From the NCBI GenBank assembly GCA_002269645.1, contig NIVC01004604.1, positions 1 to 40,779 on the forward strand: a DNA stretch of 40,779 bases. The letters are read 5' to 3'. The position numbers and the translations under genes were made by a program. Source of the stretch: Macrostomum lignano. Taxonomy: Eukaryota. The notes below the pieces were generated by a model. The model did no database searches and had not been told where the DNA came from. It saw only the letters and a program-made list of their open reading frames with translations. How positions within the stretch are numbered: the first letter of the stretch is position 1; the number at the start of each line of letters is the position of its first letter. Shown piece by piece: positions 32,501-40,779 of the stretch.

Positions 32501-35500
32501 TTTCGTGAAGCACTTTTTCTTCGCCACTAGCATGGATTAACGCGAGCTTTGTTGAATTGACCAGTGCAAAGTATGCATTCACAGCAAGTCTAGACCGCAT
32601 GCCTCTGGTTGGTTTAAGAATGTACACGTCACACCTGCTCATAACTCACTAGCCTCAAGATTTTTCATTGAAATGTACATAGCGATTATACAATGAAAGA
32701 GAGCATGCGCTATTAAATGTACGCGATTTGAGTTTTATCTATTGAACCTAACACCCCACCGCCATCAGTTCGCCCGCATCAAGGACACCAAGCGGGAGGA
32801 GGAGGAACGCGAAGCTCGAGAAAAAGAGTTGATGGCGCTGCGCACGAAGTTCAAGGACGCCGAGGCGCGGGCCAACGGTCTTCAGGAGTCCTGCCGCCAG
32901 GCCAAAGAGGAATTGGAAGCCGCCAAGACTGTGGCGCTGCGCGAGGAATCAGCGAGGCAGAAGCTGCGACAGGAGCTGGACGAACTGCAGGCCCAGGTGG
33001 CCGACGGCCAGCGTACTGAGCGACTGGCCAAGGTGGGTTTGGATGGAATCCAGTTCATGCAGCCTCGTTTGCTTGCCGCCCTCAGCACACTCACCACCCC
33101 ACAGCACACCCACCACACCACAGCACACCCACCACCCCACAGCACACCCACCACCCCACAGCACACCCACCACCCCACAGCACACCCACTACCACCACCA
33201 GCACACCCACCACCCCACAGCACACCCACCACCCCACAGCACACCCACCACACCACAGCACACCCACCACCCCACAGCACACCCACCACCCCACAGCACA
33301 CCCACCACCCCACAGCACACCCACCACCCCACAGCAGCCCCCTAGCCATTCTCACTGTCTCGCTCCACCTGCATGCAGGCGGACGCCCAGCACGCCACGC
33401 AGCGCCTGGAGCGATTCCGCAACCGCGTGGCCACCGTCGCCTACTCGGCGCCCGGACTACGCGTGCCCGAGCAGGAGGCCACCGACGACCAGCTGCTCGA
33501 GCTTCTGAAGCGCTCAGTCGAAGAACGCACCGAGTTTCAGCGTCGAGTTGGCGAACTGAAAGAGTCGCTGAAGTTGGCGGAGGCTTCGGTGACCAAAACC
33601 GACTCCGGCATTCAGCGCTGGCGAGTCCAGCTGAAGGATGCCTTCGCCAGGCTGACCGAGAAAGGCCGTCTGGCGCGAAACCTGCGGGACGAGCTGGCCA
33701 GGTTGACTGCCGAGTCGACCGAGGAGGCGCTGCAGCCGCTGCGGGACGCCGTGCTGCTGGACCTGCAGGCGCAGGTGCAGTGGCAGCAGGAGATCGAGGA
33801 CGCCGTGGAGCGATGCGGGGCTCCCGTGCGCCTGTCACCAGAATGTGAGTGCGGCGGCTGAGGTCCGGGTGCCGGGATCTGGGTGCTGGGATTTTGGTGC
33901 TGGGATTTGGGTGTTGGGATTTTGGTGCTGGGATTTGGGTGCTGGGATTTGGGTGCTGGGATTTGGGTGCAGGGATTTGGGTGCTGGGATTTGGGTGCTG
34001 GGATTTGGGTGCTGGGATTTGGGTGCAGGGATTTGGGTGCTGGGATTTGGGTGCTGGGATTTGGGTGCTGGGATTTGGGTGCTGGGATTTGGGTGCTGGG
34101 ATTTGGGTGCTGGGGTCTGGGTGCTGGGATTTGGGTGCTGGGGTCTGGGTGCTGGGATTGGGTGCTGGGATTTGGGTGCTGGATTTGGGTGCTGGATTTG
34201 GGTGCTGGGATTTGGGTGCTGGGATTTGGGTGCTGGGGTCTGGGAGCTGGGATCAGATTCTGTGACTTTCTATGAGATTTTGCAATCATCGTAATAAAAT
34301 CATAAACAAAATTCTAATAATTTTTTTCGCAGCTGAGGATGCAACCGAAGTCCAGCAGAGTAAGTTAAGGTGGCAATGAAACAGTTTTGATCAGCAAATT
34401 TTCTTCTCAAATAATTTACCTTATTACCTGTTGCCTAAAAATTCGCACCTGTCACTGGATGCTTTTTATGATAAATTCAGTAGTGAATTAGCCACAAATT
34501 TGCATCCATTGTTTGGTTCCTTGTAATTTTGCAATTTTGCCAGTAAGTAAGAGACGGAGACAACTGGAAGTAAAACTGATAGGAGAGGAGAGGAGAGGAG
34601 AGGAGAGGAGAGGAGAGGAGAGGAGAGGAGAGGAGAGGAGAGGAGAGGAGAGGAGAGAAGAGGAGAGGAAAGGAGAGGAGAGGAGAGGAGAGGAGAGGAG
34701 AGGAGAGGAGAGGAGAGGAGAGGAGAGAAGAGGAGAGGAGAGGAGAGGAGAGGAGAGGAGAGGAGAGGAGAGGAGAGGAGAGGAGTGGAGAGGAGAGGAG
34801 AGGAGAGGAGAGGAGAGGAGGAGAGGAGTGGAGAGGAGAGAGAGGAGAGGAGAGGAGAGGAGAGGAGAGGAGAGGAGAGGAGAGGAGAGGAGAGGAGAGG
34901 AGAGGAGAGGAAGAGAGAGGAGAGGAGAGGAGAGAGAGAGAGGAGAGGAGAGGAGAGGAGAGGAGAGGAGAGGAGAGGAGAGGAGAGGAGAGGAGAGGAG
35001 AGGAGTGGAGAGGAGAGGAGAGGAGAGGAGAGGAGAGGAGAGGAGAGGAGAGGAGAGGAGAGGAGAGGAGAGGAGAGGAGAGGAGAGGTGAGGGGAGGGG
35101 AGAGAAAAAATGAAAGCAGATTTTGATTTTCCGATTACTAAAGCGTCATATTAATTTTTTGCTGACAACCGAACTCGAAGTTAAATTTCGAGTGCTGCAG
35201 CGCCAATCCTGTTGAGCACACTTGGCTTCAAACAGCCACCCCACCTGGCCTGCTCCAGTTTAGCGTGGAAGCAACTCGCACTGTTTTTCCCAAACCGCGG
35301 ATTCCGCAGCCCCGGCGCATCACGTGACCCAGCTGTACTCGCGCTGGCAGGACGCCTTGAACGAGCGGGAGCGGCTCCGGTCTCGCATCGCCGAGCTGGA
35401 GTCGCAGGCGGCCGCTGACCGCGAAAGCTTGGAGGCCCGGCTGGCTGGCGAGACCGAAGCCCGCGTGGCCGAGGCGCTGGAGAAGGCGGCGGCCGAGGCT

Positions 35501-38500
35501 GCCAGGGAGCAGCAGCGAGTCATCGACGACGTGGTGGCAACGGAGACGGAGCGGCGCGAGGCGGCGGTGGCTCACGAGCGCGGCACCATCGCGGAGCTGC
35601 AGGGCCGTCTGGCTGCGCTGCAACGCGCCCTTGAGGAGCGCGAGGCTGAGCGCGCCGATGATCTGAGCGAAGCGCAGTCGGCGGTGGAGCGCCTGTCGGA
35701 GAAGGAGGCCACCGAGGCCGAGCTGCGTCGCGACGTCGCCAGGCTGACGGTCGAGAAGGAGGAGGCTCTGGCCAGCGCGGAGGAGCTGGTAAGGGCGGCG
35801 GAGGCGCGGCACGAGAAGGAGGCACAGGGCTTCAAGGACCAGGTGAAGCAGCACAGCGTCACCATCTGCCATATGGAGGAGCGCCTGACCAAGGTGAGAA
35901 CTTCTTCACTTCTTCTGGGATGCTGCTCTGTGCGAGTCAGGGAGTGACGACGGTGCACTGGAAGCCTTTGGGTCAGTGGGTTCAGCATCTCAAGTGGGTC
36001 AAGTATCTCAAGTGGGTCGAGCACCTCAAGTGGGTCAAGCATCTCAGATGGGTCAATCATCTCAGGTGGGTCGAGCATCTCAAGTGGGTCGAGCATCTTA
36101 AGTGGATCAAGCATCTCAGATGGGAAAAGCTTTTCAAGTGGGTCAAGCATCTCAGGTGGGTCGAGCTTCTCAAGTGGGTCAAGCATCTCAGATGGGGAAA
36201 AGCTTCTCAAGTGGGTCAAGCATCTCATATGGGGAAAAGCTTCTCAAGTGGGTCAAGCATCTTAAGTGGGTCAAGTATCTCAATTGGGTCAAGTATCTCA
36301 AGTGTGTCAAGCATCTCAAGTGGGTTGAGCATCTCAGGTGGGTCGAGCATCTCAGGTGGGTCGAGCATCTCAGGTGGGTCGAGCATACCTGAAGCACACA
36401 GTGGCAAGACCCGAACCCGCACCCGCTGCCCAGGTGGTGAAGCAGAACAAGCAGCTGCAGGAGGAGCTCAACCAGGCCCGCCAGGAAGCCAGCGAGCTGC
36501 GAGGCCAGCAGGAGGCCGCCTCGGCCAGACGCCGAGAGGCGGCCACCACGCCGAAGGTGATTGTGCAACGGCCGACAGCGGAGCTGGCAGTGATGGAGCG
36601 CACCGTGGTCGGGCTGCGGCAGGAGAACTCCAACCTGAAGGAGACGGTGCAGAGCCAACGACAGGAGATGGAGAGCCTGCGCCGCGACCTGCAGGGGATG
36701 TCAGCCCGGCTGTCAGACATCCGCGGCGAGCTGACAGATCAGCAGAAGGAGGAGCTCGAGGGCTCGAAGCACGCCTGCGGGAGGTGGAGGCGGAGCTGGC
36801 CGAAAAGAAGGAAAAACTGGCAAAGCTGACTGAGGTGGCTGAGAATCAGGTGAGGCTAGCAATATACCATATTGGCTAGGCTAGCAATCCACTCTATTGG
36901 CTAGGCTAGCAATCCACTCTATTTGGCTAGGCTAGCAATCCACTCTATTGGCCAGGCTAGCAATCCACTCTATTAACTAGGCTAGCAATCCACTCTATTG
37001 GCTAGGCTAGCAATCCACTCTATTGGCTAGGCTAGCAATCCACTCTATTGGCAAGGCTAGCAATCCACTCTATTTGGCTAGGCTAGCAATCCACTCTATT
37101 GGCCAGGCTATTAACTAGGCTAGCTCTATCCACTCTAGGCTAGGCTAGCAATCCACTTTATTGGCCAGGCTAGCAATCCACTCTATTAACTAGGCTAGCA
37201 ATCCACTCTATTGGCTAGGCTAGCAATCCACTCTATTGGCAAGGCTAGCAATCCACTCTATTTGGCTAGGCTAGCAATCCACTCTATTGGCCAGGCTAGC
37301 AATCCACTCTATTAACTAGGCTAGCAATCCACTCTATTGGCTAGGCTAGCAATCCACTTTATTGGCCAGGCTAGCAATCCACTCTATTAACTAGGCTAGC
37401 AATCCACTCTATTGGCTAGGCTAGCAATCCACTCTATTGGCTAGGCTAGCAATCCACTCTATTGGCTAGGCTAGCAATCCACTCTATTGGCTAGGCTAGC
37501 AATCCACTCTATTGGCTAGGCTAGCAATCCACTCTATTGGCTAGGCTAGCAATCCACTCTATTGGCTAGGCTAGCAATCCACTCTATTGGCTAGGCTAGC
37601 AATCCACTCTATTGGCTAGGCTAGCAATCCACTCTATTGGCTAGGCTAGCAATCCACTCTATTTGGCTAGGCTAGCAATCCACTCTATTGGCTAGGCTAG
37701 CAATCCACTCTATTTGGCTAGGCTAGCAATCCACTCTATCCGGTCTAGGCTGCTCAGCATGGCCGAAGCTCGAGGCAGGAGCAAGCACCGGTCCAAGGCC
37801 GCATGCAGGCCCTGGAAGCCACCGAGGTCGGCTCCAGGCTCGAGCCCGTCTAGAAGCGAGCGTTGCCGGGCCGATGAGGCTCGGCGCGCACCTGTGAGGA
37901 GGAGCGAATCGCTGCCGAGATGTCCTCGCTGCACCAGGCCGCGGCGAGCGCCACGCCGAGGTCATCGCTCACCAGAAGGAGGCGCTCAGCGAGCTGCGAA
38001 AGCGGCTGAAAGAGCTGGAGCGGACTCGGCCGTCTGGTGAGCGAGTTCAGCTTCCTTATTCCTCTCTAGCCTACTCAGTATTTCCTCTGTTAGTGCACTT
38101 CTATTAGAAGTTCACAATTTTTTTTCTCAGAATCAGAACCTACTTCCCTACCCAATTTCATTGCCCAACCTCTCGACTGAGGGAGGATTTGGCCCAGGAC
38201 AATGCACACTACCTGCCTTGGTCTCAGTCGCATCTCTACCCCATTTTATTGCCCAACCTCTTGATTGAGGGGAGGATTTGACCAAAGACAATTCACACTA
38301 TCTGCCCTGCCTCAGTCGCATCTCTACCTCATTTTATTGCCCAACCTCTTGATTGAGGGGAGGATTTGACCAAAGACAATTCACACTATCTGCCCTGCCT
38401 CAGTCGGATCTCTACCCCATTTACTGCCCAACCTCTCGCGTGGGGAGGATTTGGCCCAGGACCATACACACTATCTGCCTTGCCTCAGTCGGATCTCTAC

Positions 38501-40395
38501 CCCATTTTACTGCCCAACCTCTCGCGTGGGGAGGATTTGGCCCAGGACCATACACACTATCTGCCCTGCCTCAGTCGGATCTCTACCCATTTACTGCCCA
38601 ACCTCTCGCGTGGGGGAGGATTTGGCCCAGGACCATACACACTATCTGCCTTGCCTCAGTCGGATCTCTACCCATTTTACTGCCCAACCTCTCGCGTGGG
38701 GGAGAATTTGGCCCAGGACATTTGCACACTATCTGCCTTGCCTCAGTCGGATCTCTACCCCATTTTATTGCCCAACCTCTCGCGTGGGGGAGGATTTGGC
38801 CCAGGACATTTGCACACTATCTGCCCTGTCTCAGTCGGATCTCTACCCCATTTTATTGCCCGACCTCTGGCGTGCGGGGGTTTAGCTGGGCAATGTACGC
38901 GACGCTGACAACGTGACGTGTACTTTGTTTAATTGATAGCAAAATTTGTCACGCGAAACTCCTTGATACAGTATATCTCAAGTCAATTTAATGTGCACTT
39001 TTAACAATGTACACCCCGATTGGACAATTTCTCAATTTCTCTTCAGCGGCTGCCTCGCAAGACCAAGCAGCCCAGCAGCAGCAGGTGACGCTGCTCAAAA
39101 AGGAGCTGGCCGAGCTCCGAGCCAAGCAGGCCATGGCGGAGACTCGCCCGGCCATCGGGGGCGCCTCCGCCGGTGACGCCAGGCAGCTGGGAGCCTCCGG
39201 CGTGGCTCGAATAGCTTCCTCGGCGGCCGATTTGGAGGCCGAACGGGCGGCGCACAAAGAGACTCGCGACTGCCTGGAACTGTCTGAGCACACCTACCTC
39301 AGCCTGCTGCGGGGCCTGGCCAGCGGGCTCGAGCTCGAGTCTGTGCAGGTGAGAGGCTTTCAGACATTTCACCCATTCCATCACTGCCTAGTTCACTCAT
39401 TCCTTCACTGACTAGCTCACTCATTCTGTCACTGCCTAGTTCACTCATTCCATCACTGCCTAGTTCACCCATTCCATCACTGCCTAGTTCACTCATTCCT
39501 TCACTGACTAGCTCACTCATTCTGTCACTGCCTAGTTCACTCATTCCATCACTGCCTAGTTCACCATTCCGTCACTGCCTAGTTCACTCATTCCGTCACT
39601 GCCTAGTTCACTCATTCCTTCACTGACTAGCTCACTCATTCTGTCACTGCCTAGTTCACTCATTCCATCACTGCCTAGTTCACCATTTCCGTCACTGCCT
39701 AGTTCACTCATTCCGTCACGGCCTAGTTCACTCATTCCATCACTGCCTAGTTCACTCATTCCTTCACTGCCTAGTTCACTCATTCCGTCACTGCCTAGTT
39801 CACTCATTCCGTCACTGCCTAGTTCACTCATTCTATCACTGCCTAGTTCACTCATTCCGTCACTGCCTAGTTCACTCATTCTATCACTGCCTAGTTCACT
39901 CATTCCGTCACTGCCTAGTTCACTCATTCCATCACTGCCTAGTTCACTCATTCCATCACTGCCTAGTTCACTCATTCCGTCACTGCCTAGTTCACTCATT
40001 CCATCACTGCCTAGTTCACTCATTCTGTCACTGCCTAGTTCACTCACTCCGTCACTGCCTAGTTCACTCATTCTGTCACTGCCTAGTTCACTCATTCTAT
40101 CACTGCCTAGTTCATCCATTATGTCACTGCCTAGTTCACTCATTCCGTCACTGCCTAGTTCACTCATTCCGTTCACTCCTCGCCATCGCCCAGGGCCTCC
40201 GCTCGATGGCCCACCTGCCCCGTGACGAGCGCGACCGCCTGGCCCGGGAGCGGGAGGAGGCGGCCAGCCTGCTGACCCAGCGGGTGCGGCTGTTCAAGGA
40301 GCGCCTGGGCCGCAAGGAGGACCTCCTGCAGGGATAGAGAGGGACCTGGCAAGCTGCGGCAGGCCGAGGAGCTGGCGGGCAAGAGGAGCCATCAG
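29513..40395 (+). CDS. FHAD1: Forkhead-associated domain-containing protein 1-like (N-terminal FHA, long coiled coil); continues past the window; contains apparent frameshifts
   Basis: Exons 29513-29611 (MKSRGVLK...TTIGS..CDI), 29710-29796 (QHAIIEY...FILKDLNT), 30387-31232 ([25 protein letters not shown]), 31726-31818, 32769-33032, 33379-33844, 34333-34359, 35310-35893, 36434-36849, 37749-38036 ([27 protein letters not shown]), 39047-39348 and 40194-40395 (GLRSMAHLP). Splice phases are consistent. Reading-frame breaks occur in three late exons. Confidence 0.8.
31271..31626. repeat. G-rich intronic minisatellite (GGGTGAGGGTATT/CTG)
   Basis: Degenerate 13-15 bp units in intron 31233-31725. Confidence 0.85.
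33086..33333. repeat. Intronic 19-bp C/A-rich minisatellite (CAGCACACCCACCACCCCA)
   Basis: Tandem units in intron 33033-33378. Confidence 0.9.
33868..34252. repeat. Intronic 14-bp G-rich minisatellite (GGGTGCTGGGATTT)
   Basis: About 27 tandem units. Confidence 0.93.
34581..35096. repeat. (AGAGG)n polypurine microsatellite
   Basis: Nearly pure purine pentamer run in intron 34360-35309. Confidence 0.95.
35968..36385. repeat. Intronic 19-bp minisatellite (AGTGGGTCAAGCATCTCAA)
   Basis: Tandem units with GATGGGAAAAGCTTCTC interruptions. Confidence 0.9.
36855..37738. repeat. Intronic 25-bp minisatellite (GGCTAGGCTAGCAATCCACTCTATT)
   Basis: About 35 units occupying almost all of intron 36850-37748. 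Confidence 0.95.
38152..38870. repeat. Intronic ~85-87 bp tandem repeat
   Basis: CAGTCGGATCTCTACC anchors recur at 38401, 38486, 38572, 38657 and 38744; about 8 units. Confidence 0.9.
39372..40172. repeat. Intronic 24-bp minisatellite (ACTGCCTAGTTCACTCATTCCRTC)
   Basis: About 33 units. They explain the (MSELGSDG)n minus-strand ORFs. Confidence 0.95.
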
Positions 40396-40779
40396 GTGAG
40401 CGAATCTCGCTGGAAAGCCGGTTTGTCAGCGAAAATGCACCGGCGAGTCAGGGAGTTTTCTGAGCTTCAGCACTAAACTCATTATATTAGCCTAGTGATT
40501 GGTTGGCTTCAGTTTACTTAATCCATGCGGCAAAGCCCTTGCTGATGCCAAGTCTCACTACCGATGTATTTGATGAGGAAGTGAGGTGGTTTGATGGAGT
40601 GGGTGGGTGAGGGAATGGGGTGAGTGAGGGAATGGGGTGGGTAAGGGAGTGAGGGGGCGTTGCAGGGGGCTCGGGCATCCGAAATACAGAAGGAAGGTGT
40701 TAACACCCGTTCCGCTAGAGTGAGGTGGAGAAAGAGTAGAGAATTTGATAGATAAATGAGATTTGAGATAGATCTTGAA

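Noticed and set aside
38152-38870. CRISPR-like array (also considered for the 27- and 55-bp arrays)
   Set aside because: The units are head-to-tail with no unique spacers, the context is eukaryotic intron, and there are no cas genes.

Overview
Eukaryotic (metazoan) genomic DNA with GC-rich exons and introns packed with intron-specific tandem repeats. The style suggests a Macrostomum-like flatworm, but that is inference only. In order, the window holds: (1) the 3' part of a FARP/Cdep-like FERM-DH-PH-PH gene (+, 8 exons, 146-8126); (2) a 1.4 kb (CTCTG)n tract; (3) a minus-strand CUB-CUB-CUB-PAN gene built from phase 1-1 exons, with a near-identical extra CUB exon copy, and with tandem arrays that amplify that exon's own splice donor and acceptor; (4) a 4470-bp Mag-like Ty3/gypsy gag-pol element inserted in the donor array; (5) a TA-flanked MITE; (6) an intact Crypton/DUF3504-type tyrosine recombinase ORF bracketed by direct-repeat modules, a hairpin and a cluster of CCATAGAC motifs; and (7) an FHAD1-like gene (+, from 29513, running off the window) with several single-base frameshifts. 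The most unusual object is the gypsy element. It is bounded by perfect 113-bp INVERTED terminal repeats and a 5-bp target-site duplication rather than direct LTRs. All splice models and protein assignments were made by eye from the sequence and recalled family motifs; no database search was run.
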